A stretch of 64,000 nt of DNA from Eledone cirrhosa (taxonomy: Eukaryota). The translations under genes and the position numbers were made by a program. This document shows positions 1 through 13,717 of the stretch, piece after piece. The notes beneath the pieces are model-generated. The model was not told where the DNA came from. It ran no database searches and worked only from the letters and a program-made list of their open reading frames with translations. Numbering within the stretch: the first letter of the stretch is position 1; each line of letters begins with the position of its first letter. The stretch is taken from assembly GCA_964016885.1 (NCBI GenBank), contig OZ024743.1, positions 302,994,001 to 303,058,000 of the forward strand. Reading direction: 5' to 3'.

Positions 1-794
1 CTACAGTCATTAGACAGCAACCATATTGAAGTGCTACATTGATGTTAAATTTAGTAGATATCATTTTTACTAAGCTGCTATACTGTGGTTATAAACACAG
101 GAACGAAAAAAAAACAAAACTCACACATGAATACCTATAGCCAGGATTTAGATCTCTAGCAGATCGAATGTTGCTTATGTGTGGAAGCGTTCCTTGTACC
201 GATTTTCGTTGTGGATGTGTATGCGTGTGCACCTTTATTATAAGGATGTGCAATTAATGTGTACGTAATACTGGATTCTCAATTGATTATTATAAAATAA
301 AAAGCGAGTGTTAGTTAGAATAGGTGGCTATTAAGAATTTTGAAAATAGAATCAGAAGCTAGCTCCTTATATTGACCAATTGGTATTTACATACGTATGA
401 ATCGAAGCCACACATCTTATTTCCGCGAGAAGTGTGGTAGACCGATTATACCAACATACCCATCCAATGTTTCCCCGTTGATTTTAAAATCTATAAAGAG
501 AACATCGGTAATTATGTAAGCACGTGTGAATTAGGATAGGGTGACGATTGAAACGATAGAAAATCGAATTAAAATCTCTTACGACATGTTGGCACCAGAA
601 AATAGTCTGTTATTCTGGCATATGAAGTGAAGATAACGCAGAAAAATGGGAATGTGCATGAGTTACGTGGGGTCCATATGACCTAACAGTACACAATTAC
701 AAAAATTACATTTTACATATATACATATAACTGTACTCCTAGTTGTTATTTACTTTTCCAATATATATGTATATAAATAATTAAATAAAATTAA

Positions 795-868
<74 letters not shown>
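795..868. repeat. (TA)n microsatellite flanking the 3' end of a PLE
   Basis: Near-perfect TA run. It is one of dozens of (TA)n/(CA)n tracts in 1-36 kb. Confidence 0.95.
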
Positions 869-871
<3 letters not shown>

Positions 872-957
872 GGAAACATTTGAACAGGGACAAAACAGAG
901 AGGCAGTACAACGAATGTTTATTAATTTCACGCTCTGGAGAGTGGGGTGTTGGTGGG

Positions 958-990
958 GGACGACGTTTCGGGCATAAGCCCTTCCTCAGG
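958..990 (-). ncRNA. Minimal hammerhead ribozyme core (stem I not evident)
   Basis: Minus strand reads CTGAGGA-A-GGGC-TTAT-GCCC-GAAA-CGTCG-TC. Confidence 0.6.
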
Positions 991-1308
991 TGAGAAGTGT
1001 GTGGGAACAGTGTTCAAAGGGTGTGTAGGGGAGTGGTGGAGAGACATATAGCGAAAGGAAACGGTACGAATGAAAAAATAAAAAAATAAAGATAAAAATA
1101 AAAATAAAAATAAAAATAAAGCATGATCAAAATACAAGGAATGAGATAAATTTAAATATAAAGGCATGATCAAAATAAACTGGAATTAAAAGGGGGGTAA
1201 AACAGGTGGTGGAAGGGGGTGTGGTGTGTAAGGGTGGTGGCGGGTGGAGTGGGGAGAGGGAGACGGGGTGTCCGAGCTGGGAGGGCTGAAGGCGGTGTGT
1301 GTGTGTAG

Positions 1309-1339
<31 letters not shown>

Positions 1340-2477
1340 AAAGTATGGGTTGTGGGAAGAACGGGGTTGCATGTTCAGGAAGAGGTGTGTGGGGGGTCGG
1401 AGTGTCTGTGCGCGTGTGGATAGAGGGGGCGGAGAGGAATCAGGAGGCTGAGGGTGTAAATATGTGTTGGAAAGCACGTGTGTGTGGGGTTTAAGCGTGT
1501 TGTGGGTATATGTGGCGTGTGGAGAAAAAGAAATTGTTGGGGTGTGTGTGTGGGTGAGTTATATAGGTGATTACGTAAGAGGATGGTTGAAAAGTAGGTA
1601 AATTCCGAAGATGTTTAGTGGATTCGTTGTTGGTCAATTTCTGCGTGTGGGTATTCCATGAAGCGATGGTCGGAAGAGGATAGATGTGGGGTGCGCGCGC
1701 AACAGGAAGTGGTCAAGCAGTGGGAGTGATGTGTGTCTGTTTGTGCTGGGAGGTGGTCAGAGGGCATAGCAGCAGTCGGTGGAATGGTAAAGGGGCGAGG
1801 ATGGGTAGTTGTGAAAGTTGGAGTGTGGCGGGTGTGTGTGTATTAGTAGGTGTTAGTGGGATGAGTGAGTGTGGAGCGAGGGTGTGGGTGGAGCGGGGAG
1901 AGAAGGGTGTGTGTGGTTCTATGGCGGAAGTGTGGTGTACTGGTGTGTGTGTAGTTTGATGGAGAGGTGTTAGTAGGTGTTAGTATACGGGAGGTAGGGA
2001 GGGGTTGAATGCAGGTGTAAGTGGGGGTTAGTGGTGGTAGGGTGTGTAGAGTTGGTGGTGTACGAGGGTGTGTGAGTACCTGTGCGTGGGGTTTGGGGGT
2101 GTTAGTGATGTTAGTTGCGTGTGGGGTGGGTGGTATACGTGGATGCGTGTCTTCGTGTGCTTGGGGTTAAGGGGTGTTAGTGAGGTATGTTGCGGGGTGG
2201 TGGGATGGAGGTGTGGGGGTGAGGGTTAGTGATGGTAGTAGGGGGTGTGTTTAGTGTGAGCGCATGGATATATGTGCCGGTGGATGTGTGCGTGTGATAA
2301 GGAGGGAGGAGGAGGAGAAGAGGGGAGGGTTGTTAGTATGTTAGTTGGGGAAGGATGGTCAGATGAGGGGTGGAGTGCAAGTGTTAGTATTGTTAGTTGT
2401 GGGGTGGGCGGTAAAAAGGAGGGATGTGTTAGTGGTGTTAGTGGGGGATAAGTGTGGGGGAGGGGGGCAGTCGAAGG

Positions 2478-3365
2478 CTAAATCAATAAGGGTGGGGAGT
2501 TCAGGCCGGGGGGAGTGTGGGTCTATAAGATGAAGATAGTTCGTTGTTCGACCGTAAGGCGATTGGCGGGTGTTCCGTGGCACTAGAGTAGGCCACAGAG
2601 TGTGAGATGGCGTGCGGAATGCCCAGGGCCACCAAAGTGGCGGGCGATGGGGGAACTGCCCCCGAGACGAATATCACGGAGGTGCTCCGTGAATCGGTCC
2701 GCCAGGCGACGTCCCGTCTGTCCACATAAGTCGCGCTGCACTCCGTGCAGGGAAGTCCGTAGACTAGGTTGGAGGAGGTGCAGCGGAAGGCATGCTGGAC
2801 CGAGAGCGAGTGGCCGTTGGGACCCTGGAAGGTGGTGGTGTTGGTGATGTGGGGACAGGTGTTGCAGCGGGGCCTAGAACAGGGAAAGGAACCGGGAGGA
2901 GGGGAAACAGAGCGTGGGTTGGGGGGTAGGGAGCTGTGGACGAGGAGGCTGCGGAGATTGCGTGCGCGTTTGAAGGAGGGGAGTGGTGGGGTTGGGAAGA
3001 TGTGGGAGGTGGAGGGGTCGGACTGGAGGCGTCGGAAGAGGCGGCGGATGGTGCGGTGGAGGGGTAAGGTGGAGGGTTGGTAGATGGTGGTGAAGGGGAG
3101 ACGGTGGGTGGGTTTGCGGTGGCGTGGGGTGAGGGTGGTGGAGCGGGTGACAGCACGGGCGCGGGTGAGAGCGGTGTGGACGAGAGAGGGTGGGGGACAT
3201 CTGCGGATGAAATGGCTGACTAGGGAAAGGGCCTGGGACTCAAAGTCAGCATCTCGGCTACAGAGGCGGCGGATCTTGAGAAGTTGGGAGTAGGGAATGG
3301 AGTGTTTAGTGTGGGTGGGGTGGGAAGAGGTGAAGTCGAGGTAAGCGTGGGAGTCGGTGGGTTTG

Positions 3366-3367
<2 letters not shown>
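2478..3367 (-). pseudogene. PLE RT thumb, Cys linker and GIY-YIG endonuclease, frameshifted
   Basis: ORF 2501-3415 has KPTDSHAYLDFTSSHP..IPYSQLL, a CSRPRCNTC linker and CTSSNLVY. After a frameshift it ends PPGLNSPPLLI*. Confidence 0.9.
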
Positions 3368-3408
<41 letters not shown>

Positions 3409-3414
<6 letters not shown>

Positions 3415-4357
3415 TTAGTTAAGAAAAACAAGACCACAAATTTCAGAAGGATGACATTATTAAAAGATTGTCAACATATTTAGTTTGATGTAAGGAATGT
3501 AGAGAATAATAATAATAATAATATTAATAATAATAATGCCCGTTTACAATTGTTTAGCTACTCCGTATAATATTTCTGGATCAGATGCATATTACATAAG
3601 CATATATAATCATTAAGCATATTACATAACTCTATCAATACCTCTACCAATTAACGATAGAACGGAGGTAACCATTAGCTGTCAATATCGAAGGGCTAAT
3701 TTCTTCGCCAATAGAGTTTTTGACCATACTTAGTCATGTAGCCCCATCTCTAATTGTAGCTAATAAGTTAAGTTGCTATGAACAACTCGATAATTATAAG
3801 TTACCTCACCTACATTTTCTCTCAATTAAATAATTTAAATACAAGCACATAACTATAAAATACACACAATCTCTAATCTCCCGACAAGTTACTTCCCCTG
3901 AAACCACCCTCTAGTTAGTAAGGTAAATATGCCCTTTGGCAGCCATCTTGTTACCCATAGGCAGATCTCACACAATTCAGCCTCGACAGATGAGTACTGC
4001 TTGATTATGGCTGACAGCTGATGAAACAAAGGCACCATAGTAAAAACTAATATATGGAACATTATATTATGTAACATTATTTTAATTTATATTCCTTTGA
4101 GTTCCGATGACCCACTCTGTTTTTTTAAATATGTTAATTATTTTCAACTGAACCAGATCAATTATGATACATAGTCATCTGATCCAGAAATATTATACGG
4201 ATTAGCGAAACAATTGTAAACGGGCATTATTATTATTATTAATATTATTATTATTATTATTCTCTACATACCTTACATCAAACTAAATATGTTGACAATC
4301 TTTTAATAATGTCTTCCTTGTGAAATTTGTGGTCTTGTTTGGCTTAACTAATGAATA
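3409..4357 (+). mobile_element. PLE pseudo-LTR with inverted terminal copy
   Basis: Inverted repeat 3409-3587 / 4176-4357 next to (TA)n, containing an HHR-like motif. Confidence 0.65.
4101..4221 (+). ncRNA. Hammerhead-like motif with long stem II and variant core (CCGATGA)
   Basis: GTT-CCGATGA-(ACTCTGT...ACGGA)-GAAA-CAATTG-TA-AAC. Confidence 0.5.
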
Positions 4358-4544
4358 TTTTCTGCTCTGCGCACCTAACCTCTGCATGAACCCAGCCACC
4401 TAGCTGCTTTCTACTGCATATTGCACATTGAGCACATGCCTTTACGCTTTGGCTTCTAACTAACTCACCAATCTTTCCTATCATATCTCGTCTACTATCT
4501 TAAAATCTCTCTTTAAGATTGGTTACTCTTGAACTGTATATATA

Positions 4545-4666
<122 letters not shown>

Positions 4667-5227
4667 AATATATATATATATGGTGTTCGTTACAATTGTT
4701 TTCACCTGTCTCCTTCCATTCTACATATGCTTTTCTGATTGTGTTGTATGTATGTACAGGTCTGTGTGGATGTGCGCCAACGCATTTCGTTCTATGCCTG
4801 CATTTATGTTGAATATGTCGAAACAAAAGTGTTCTATTTCTGTAGGTATCTCTTTGCTATGAGTATTAAAACGTTTTTTTTATCTCTTCCCTTGAGGCAT
4901 CAATTTAGATTAAGACTTTAAATTGAAACCAATCTATTGTATCTTGCACTTTCAAACCCCCAAACCTTTTAAACTAAATCACCATGCTTCTGTACGCTGT
5001 CAATCGTAATAGCATGTCAAATGTAAAGTCAAATTCCTGTGAGATAAGAATGATAATGAAACAGGAAAACGAATTTAGCTGGAGTAGTATGAGTCTTTTA
5101 ACCTTCTCCACTTTCACGTGTTTTATGTCTAACTTTAGAATGTTCTTATTAGTTACACTCATGATTGTCTGCAGGTGTCTTGACACATATACATACATAC
5201 ATACATACACACACATACATATACATT

Positions 5228-5301
<74 letters not shown>

Positions 5302-5327
5302 CACACACACATGCATACATACACACG

Positions 5328-5363
<36 letters not shown>

Positions 5364-5400
5364 CACAAACATACATACACACACACACACATATATTTAC

Positions 5401-5456
<56 letters not shown>

Positions 5457-6021
5457 GTGTAAGTTTGTGTGTATGACCAAGTGTATTTTTATATTTCAAG
5501 AAATATATTAGTAAAGAGTAATCGATACATGATAATAATGGTAGCAGAAATGAGAAGATCGCTGTTCGGTATCGCATTTCTCGTTAGACCTTTTCGAAAT
5601 GACTGACTTCTTATTTTTTTATTTTATTAAAAGTTGTTATACATACTATAATGGATCGAAACGGAGATTTGTAATTACAAATATACACAAATATGGAATT
5701 TATATATTAAACAAAAGAAAACAACATTATAATATATTTTATATAAAAAGTTAAATGAAAAAGATATAATTTGGAAAATAAAGAATGATGTATGAACAAA
5801 AAACAGAAACATGTGAAAAGAAAGATTAAAGGAATATTCCACTATACTAATATAGAAATATGAAGAGACGATAGCTATACAAAGGCATTCAGGTAAATGC
5901 AAAGTTATTAATTTTGAATGAACATGTTGACAATTACACACACACACACAGACACAAACCAAACCTCCATACATATGGATATGTATGTGCTTGTAAACAT
6001 AAATATTTTTTGTGTATGTAT

Positions 6022-6160
6022 AGGAGCAGGTATGGGTGTGTAGTTAAGGAGTTTAATTCGCAACTACGTGAGTTCGCGATCAGTTCAATAGCGGGCGCCC
6101 CCAACAAGTGTTTTCTTTGATCGATGGCCGTTGACTCCTCTGAGTTAATCCGCCTTTTGA
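6022..6160 (+). mobile_element. Degenerate tRNA-derived SINE fragment
   Basis: A-box-like GGGTGTGTAGTTAAGG followed by a degenerate B-box-like segment. Confidence 0.3.
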
Positions 6161-6669
6161 CAGTTTTTTTCCGCATACATATAATGTGCATGAACTTTAA
6201 TATAAAGCAAACACGCTTTCAAGTACTGGGTTGATCATTTTTTCTTTACGTTTTATCTACGCATATACACACACATGCACGTCCACGCTATTATGTTCTA
6301 GTTTACTAGCAAATCTCTAACATTCACTTTTTATATTTGCATAACCTTTTTATATTCGCATTATTAAACAGTGTATAACCATGCCATAAAGTATTACCAA
6401 TAAGGTACTGAAATATAGTATATTGCAGCAAACTATAAACGGTTCCATATCTTTTATGATAGCTTTATTTCATCTTGTCTACTCAATGAACGGCATAAAA
6501 AGAAAATTTGAGCTCGCAATCATTTTCTCTCCAATACACAGATACATATACATGCACTACAACACATACACGGACACACACATATCTATCTCTCTTTCTA
6601 TATATCTATCTGTATATGCATCTATCGATGACTGACGTTTTCTCTTTCTGTCCCCCACTCTTCTGTATC

Positions 6670-6708
<39 letters not shown>

Positions 6709-7317
6709 GGGCGTACTCGTAACTGTATTACTATTGGCAACTATATCCCTGTATATGTGTGTGCATGTGTCAGTGATATGTTAATGAATTTACCATATGT
6801 TACTGTGTATAGTTGGATGTTTTTCCAATTATTATGACACTTCTTGCTTGATTGGTTGTCTATTTCAAGATTCAGATATTGTCTTTTGTTTTCCTTTGTT
6901 ATACATGAACAATGTCCCAACGGATGCAATGAACTTATATTTGCTCCACCGAGACAAAGTTTCGGAATTCTACCGTTGAATATTTTAATTTATAGCGAAT
7001 TTCCTGTCGCCATTTGTACGTTTTAACATACCGTTTTTGATAAAATGTGCTACATACTACATCGTAGCTTCTGTATTTGTTTCTTCTTAACTCATTGCCG
7101 CTTATAATCGTGTTTATAATTGGTTACAACGCTTCTAATATATTTCGATCCACTACCTGACATATCGTTCATTACTTCTTCCTCTGGTTTTGTATAACTG
7201 TACACTCATTCGATAAATGATTTGGATGAATGCACTTAATTTTGGAATAGTAGCACATTAGTGCTAGAATGTTCCCAGCTATATTAGATTCATTTAATAA
7301 AACATCTGGTTGAACCA

Positions 7318-7505
7318 AATAATTGTTTCTACGTTTGGCACAAGGCCAGCAAACACTCAGTACATTACTGGTACTTTATTTTATCGACCCCGTAAGGATG
7401 AAAGGCAAAGTTAATCTCGGCGGGATTTGAACTCAGATCATAAAGGGACGTAACTATATTCTTCAAAGCATTGTGTCCGACTCTCTATCGATACTGCCAA
7501 TCCAC
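7318..7505 (-). mobile_element. tRNA-derived SINE (Nin-domain-like core)
   Basis: Minus strand has GAGTTCAAATCCCGCC (B box) and TTGCCTTTCATCCTTACGGGGTCGATAAAATAAAGTACCAGT. Copies at 29600-29715 and 58570-58648. Confidence 0.75.
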
Positions 7506-8109
7506 AAATAATGGTGTTTTAATTTATTTAATGATGAGTCAGCGATTTTTTTCATGAAGCCTAATATATGAATATGTGTGTCTCCATGTGTATGCAGGTG
7601 GCTTGTGTGTGTATATGTGAGTATGTTTGTGTGCGTGTGTGCCAGTGTGTGAGACAACATGTAATTATAAGGTGACCTTTATTGAAACATGTAGTTTTAA
7701 GTTACAAGATATATAACCTCTAACTTCGTAAATCAATGTCTTTTAGTCAGACGAATTGTCTTAAACAAACCAGGCATACATAATTGTTAGATATATACGG
7801 ACAACATAATTACCAGCTGATTATTTGAATGTATCTAATAAATATTCATTTACAACTACAAAACTGTTGTACTCCATTGGTGTTGATAATTAATTTCACA
7901 CATTGTCTAAATCCCCGATAATGTTAAAGCTACCGATACTTTTGTATGTTTAATTTATTCCGTCATCTATTGTTACAACTTTAGGATATTTTTTTTATTG
8001 ATTAGTCAACATTCTAATGGACCATGTATATATATATATTTCTGTGTATGTGGGTATGTGTGTATGTGTGTGTGTGTGCGTGTGCGGCTGTGTGTGTGTG
8101 TGTGTGTGT

Positions 8110-8185
<76 letters not shown>

Positions 8186-8805
8186 GGTGAACGAAAAGAA
8201 AATACAATCATTATGAATGAACTCTCCTGGAATTCATTTTCAGTCATTGTGTCAATTTCACTATGGATAGCGTAATAGGCGAAAGATTTGTTGACATACA
8301 TTAATCAACGTGAAAGGAACCTCAAATAAATCACACAGATAATGAATCGTACTTCATGTGAATAACCAAAACAATTACAACTAGACACCTGTTCGTTATT
8401 ATGTAGCTAGGGGCGTAGCAACAACGAATGTGATGTGTGTGCGGTGACAGTGATTAGAATTCGAAGGTGGAGAAATACGTTCAACAATGTGGCTCTTCAT
8501 TCAGATGTTAAACATGTTCCTGATAGTCGTAACATGTTGGAGAGAGGTTAAAACAACTGATTACAAAGCGGTGGTGTTAAATTAGGCAACCTGTGTGTAC
8601 GTTACGGAAGAATCGATACAATTTCCACACTCACACCGACTTGTTTCTATAGAAATCCCGTCAATCGAATTTCAACCATGAAGGTTTTGTCGATAAAATG
8701 CTACAATTGTCGATTATGAACACATCATGCCAAGTTCTGACATGGAACACAAAATGACGTAAATCGAAGCAGTCATGAGAGTTACGGTGATATTCCAACC
8801 TTTAA

Positions 8806-8853
<48 letters not shown>

Positions 8854-9139
8854 GGGATATACATATATATGTATATGGGATAACAAGTTATCGTTTTCGG
8901 TAATCCAGTTTGAGGTTGTGATTACCTTGTAATATGTATAGTGTTAACGTACGGCGTTGTTTGACTCAACAAGAGGTTTCCTTAGTTAGGTAGCGAGTCT
9001 GCGATAATTCCCATGCAGGGAGTTCTTGGAGTTATAGTAGTGAAAAAGTGAAGAAAAACATGGTCAGCTGTACAAAAAGGATTTTATTTATGAAACCCTA
9101 TTTCTACAGTCGACCATGTTATCCTTCACTCTTCCGCTA

Positions 9140-9253
<114 letters not shown>

Positions 9254-9381
9254 GTGTGTAGGAGGTGTGTTCTATTGTAGTACACTAAAGCAATGCAGAT
9301 ATCGGATAAGTAGCACTCTACAGTTTGTAAGACTGGAGTATAAATAATATAAGATCAAAGGATGGTTAAAAGAGTTCCATG

Positions 9382-9452
9382 TATTTTATTATGCGCATTT
9401 CAAAAACAAATATCATCATGAGATGACATTTGCGTTTTCGTCAGATAAAATA
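9382..9452 (-). ncRNA. Type I hammerhead ribozyme with intact core
   Basis: TATTTTAT-CTGACGA-AAACGCAAATGTCATC-TCAT-GATGATATTTGTTTTT-GAAA-TGCGCA-TA-ATAAAATA. 8-bp stem I, palindromic loop III, AUA site. Confidence 0.85.
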
Positions 9453-9899
9453 GGGATACATGATATGAAGGTTAAAAAACACTGGTGAATAGTGAAGTTT
9501 TAAATCAACATATGAAAAGTAATTTAAGATTGATGTGTGATATTGGGAAAAAAATGAGGGTGAAAAAGAGGAGGAGATGAGAGTAAAGAATGGTGGGGGA
9601 GGAGTATAATAAGGAAGGATGAGATAGGAGGAGAGATGGGTGATAGAAAGAAAGAGATAGCCTTTATAACTGAGAAAAAAATATATATTGTTTCACAGAG
9701 AGAGGTTAAAAGGCCTTTGGAAGATAATGTATAATTTAAAACAATTTGCAAATAAAAAGTTGATGAAAAGAAAAAAAAAAAATTTAAGAATAATATTAAA
9801 TTAAGGCTTGTATATTGAAGGGTTTATTTAATAATATGTGCGATGAAAAGAAATTGTTAATACGTATTATTAAAATAAAAATATTAATGTTATAATAAC

Positions 9900-10352
9900 T
9901 CTGTTAATTTCTCTACTCGCAATTGTAATTGCCCTGTTAAAAATAAATGTCCTCTCAACAACCATTGTCTTAAAAAAAACTTAGTCTATGAATGTAAAGT
10001 TATAACTGATACGAATTCCTTTACCTATTTCGGCTCCACTTCCACCTCCTTCAAAACTCGTTTTTATAATCACAATTCTTCTTTTAAATACCAACTTAAA
10101 AGAACTAACGCGGTACTCTCAGAACTCATATGGTCCTTGAAAGACAAAAATATTAACTATAACATCTCTTGGAGGAAAGTTTGTTCTGCCTCTCTCTACT
10201 TGAATGCTTCCCTATCCAGAATGTGTAAACTTTGTTTATGTGAGAAATTTACCATTATATCTTATTTAGATTCTATAATAAATAGACGCACTGACTTATT
10301 TTCTCTCTGCTTGCATACATTCCACGGAACATTCCATAAAGTATACAGCTAA
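9900..10352 (+). pseudogene. PLE GIY-YIG endonuclease fragment (5'-truncated, frame open)
   Basis: CNCPVKNKCPL..LVYECKV..YFGSTSTSFKTRFYNH..LSELIWSLKD..CKLCLCEK..INRRTDLFSLCLH. Confidence 0.85.
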
Positions 10353-11490
10353 TATCTAATGCTTTACCAGTTTAAAATCCTTTTTCTCAAAGGCTTATAT
10401 ATATATATTTCTTTAAAAATATACCCATCTTTCTACCTTATTTCAATATTATTTATTATACATTATATAATAATAGTTACTCCTTCTACATCATTCCTAT
10501 TTATCACTTTCATTTCTTCCTCTTTTCTTTTAATTTCTAACCTGTAATCTGTACTTTTTCTTCCTAAATACTTCTGATTTCTTATTATTACTCACCACAA
10601 CATATCCACTCTTCCATCTTTCTTTATATCATAGGTCATAACAATTATTATTACATTTTAAATAATTTATACCTTTAACAATCCTTCATAAAAATAAACA
10701 TTTTTTTGACGTTAGAATATTCCTCCTCAGTTCATTATATTTTTCTCCCTCTCATGCTCGTCTGACTTTTACATATTACATATCACAATACATAAAAACA
10801 AACTTAAACCCTAACTAATCTCCTTTAATACATTATATTATTACCATTAGAAAATACTTAATAAACATATATATTTTCATGTTAGAGTCTTCTCTTCCTT
10901 AAATACTATTTTCTTCTTTGCTTTCTGCGCTCATTTGTAAACAAACTATTTACATATATTACGCATACATATTACATTACATAAAAACAAACTTAAACAC
11001 TAACTAATTCCTCTAAATTCATAATTCATCCACTCTTCTACTTATTTTCACCTTATATCCTTATTAACATTAATATTTTTATTTTAATAATACATATTAA
11101 CAATTAGCTTTCATCGCACATATTATTAAACCCTTCACTATACAAACCGTAATTTAATATTATTCTTAAATTTTTTTCTCTTCATCAACTTTTTATTTTG
11201 AAATTCTTTTAAATTATATATAATCTTCCAACGCCTTTTTAACCCCTCTCTGTGAAACAATATATATTTTTCTCAGTTATAAAGGCTATCTCTCTCTTTC
11301 TATCACCCATATCTCCTCCTCTCTCATCCTTCCTTATTATTCTTTACTCTCATCTCCTCCTCTTTTTCACCCTTTCCAAACCCCCCATCATTTTTCCCAA
11401 TATCACACATCAATCTTAAATTACTTTTCATATGTTGATTTAAAACTTCATTATTCACAAGTGTTTTTTAACCTTCATATCATGTATCCC

Positions 11491-11561
11491 TATTTTATCT
11501 GACAAAAACGCAAATGTCATCTCATGATGATATTTGTTTTTGAAATGCGCATAATAAAATA
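11491..11561 (+). ncRNA. Type I hammerhead, core-mutated copy (CTGACAA)
   Basis: Inverted copy of 9382-9452 with a G-to-A change in the core. Confidence 0.75.
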
Positions 11562-11591
11562 CATGGACCTCTTTTAACCATCCTTTGATCT

Positions 11592-11667
<76 letters not shown>

Positions 11668-11680
11668 TTAATATATTTAA

Positions 11681-11863
11681 TATAGAAAAGCTTCTACAGG
11701 ACTATAACAGTTTCATTCTTGAGAAATCACCAGGAAGCTCCTGATGATTTCTCACGAATTAATCATTCTAGTCCTGTAGAAGCTTTTCTATACTAAATGT
11801 TTATACTCTGCTTTGGATTGAGTACATTACTTACTGTGGTTATCTCTGATTGAACCCGGGAAA
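11681..11863 (+). mobile_element. Short fold-back PLE terminal fragment with HHR core
   Basis: Arms 11681-11734 / 11740-11792, with CTGATGA-TTTCTCACGAAT. Same family as 37140-37343. Confidence 0.65.
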
Positions 11864-11929
11864 AACTTATATGTGTGTGTGGGTGTCTCTGTGTGCGTGT
11901 GTGTGTGTGTGTGTGTATGTGTGTGTGTC

Positions 11930-11961
<32 letters not shown>

Positions 11962-12285
11962 TGTGTGTGTATGTGTGTGTCTGCTTGTATATATGTAGCA
12001 CAAATCGAAACTAACTATGTGGGTGTATGTATGTATTTGAAAAATCATACATATATGTGTTAAATTTTGTTATTTTCTATAGGTTTATATAATTGTATAT
12101 ACATATGGGATCGGGTGCGTATTTCTGATGGTAAACAGCAATTATGTATCTTCAATATATATTTTTCCTCAATTTTAATATATATTTTTAGAACGACGCA
12201 TTGAAACAATTGTAAAGAAGTTAATGATTTAAGAGCACTTCACTATTATCTGAATATGTAATATATACATCTTCATCTACACACA

Positions 12286-12330
<45 letters not shown>

Positions 12331-13029
12331 GTTTCTTTTTAGGAATGAAATGCTCTCAGTAGATTATGGATAAATGTATGTCGAATACAAGAACTTAGGC
12401 GTTATGATACCGCGTACCTAATATTGAAAAGAGTTACACACTTAGTAATATCGGAGATGACGTAGTATGTAATTCATCACTATTGAAATAGTTGAAATTT
12501 AGCATTGGAATCCCTGAAATGGGCATTGATATTATTTATACCATTATGTACCATTATATAAATTGATGTTTGCTATACATATATATCGAACAACAGGCAT
12601 ACATTTCCCTAGCAAAATTTCCCCAGTGTAAAGTGTTTCATTTTGCTAGATAACTGAAGTAGGTAGAAAACTTTTAATATCATAGGCTATGTAACTTGTC
12701 ACGTATAAATCTCTACAATTACCAACAGGTCGAACATGTCGATTTCACAGAGAATCCAGTGCATAGATATAGCACCTCAAATTCATTCATATTACACGAT
12801 TCCCTCATAAAATGAAAGAAATATTGGCCGAAATAAGTCTAGTTGTAGAAAAACACGGGATTATCCTGATTAGTGAAAGATTATGCGCAGACAAGGCTGA
12901 TATGTCTTCAAGCCGCCACAAATGTATCTAAAAAGACTATCCCATATAAACGTTGATAACACGAAAACTAAGTTCACTCATACCGTGTTCTCTTTTCATT
13001 TACATCACATTGATGCATATGGATTCACA

Positions 13030-13074
<45 letters not shown>

Positions 13075-13384
13075 CATGGATCACGGGCCTCGCGCACCAG
13101 GACTGAACAAAGTCTGATTCACCGTCTTGGGTTCTATTCCCCTCTTGGACTCAACTCACCTCCCCAATTTCTCTAATAGCCCGTCCATTATCACACCCTT
13201 AGATTCCTATCGCTTTCTCTTTACTCCTAGCTTCGTACTTACATGCATACACACTCTTTTACTCACATATACACACACATTTCTTAGCTTCGTACGGACA
13301 CACACACACACACACACACAATAACACACACACTCACACACACACACATAAACACACACACACACACGCGCACACACACACACA

Positions 13385-13459
<75 letters not shown>

Positions 13460-13715
13460 ATGCTTACACACGTGCTCAAGTATAGCTCTTTCTACAAAGC
13501 AGTTTTTTTTTTTCTATTTCAGGTATACGTGTGCCAACATCCACTTTTCTACAAAACAAATCCTACACAAAATGCCAGCACCAACAGTTGTGCAAGAGAT
13601 CTCAACATGAATGGACCTATTATTTTTATCTAAAGACATTTTTTTCCAATTCCATCCCCACCGTTCCCTTAATTTATTTCATATACTACGATATGATTAT
13701 GGATCGGGGATGGCT
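13075..13715 (+). mobile_element. Neptune-type PLE extreme 3' end plus pseudo-LTR containing (CA)n
   Basis: RTRTEQSLIHRLGFYSPLGLNSPPQFL* matches the C-terminus at 2478-2560. Starts right after (TA)n. Confidence 0.6.
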
Positions 13716-13717
13716 TG

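Larger units (their letters stand above)
869..3367 (-). mobile_element. 5'-truncated Neptune-type Penelope-like retroelement (RT C-terminus, GIY-YIG, long pseudo-LTR)
   Basis: Bounded by (TA)n on both sides. Coding remnant at 2478-3367, C/A-rich sense strand, HHR core near the 3' end. Confidence 0.85.
9340..11598 (+). mobile_element. Hydra-type PLE: inverted partial pseudo-LTR, GIY-YIG, pseudo-LTR, ending at (TA)n
   Basis: About 550-bp inverted repeat 9340-9890 / 11065-11598 with an endonuclease frame between the arms. Confidence 0.85.

Noticed and set aside
441-515. Possible host exon (AG|TDYTNIPIQCFPVDFKIYKENIGNY|GTAAG)
   Set aside because: Weak polypyrimidine tract, no recognisable homology and no partner exons. 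It needs RNA-seq.
13503-13640. Strong splice acceptor (T-run-CTATTTCAG)
   Set aside because: It appears to lie in a PLE pseudo-LTR, and the downstream frames are short and unrecognisable.
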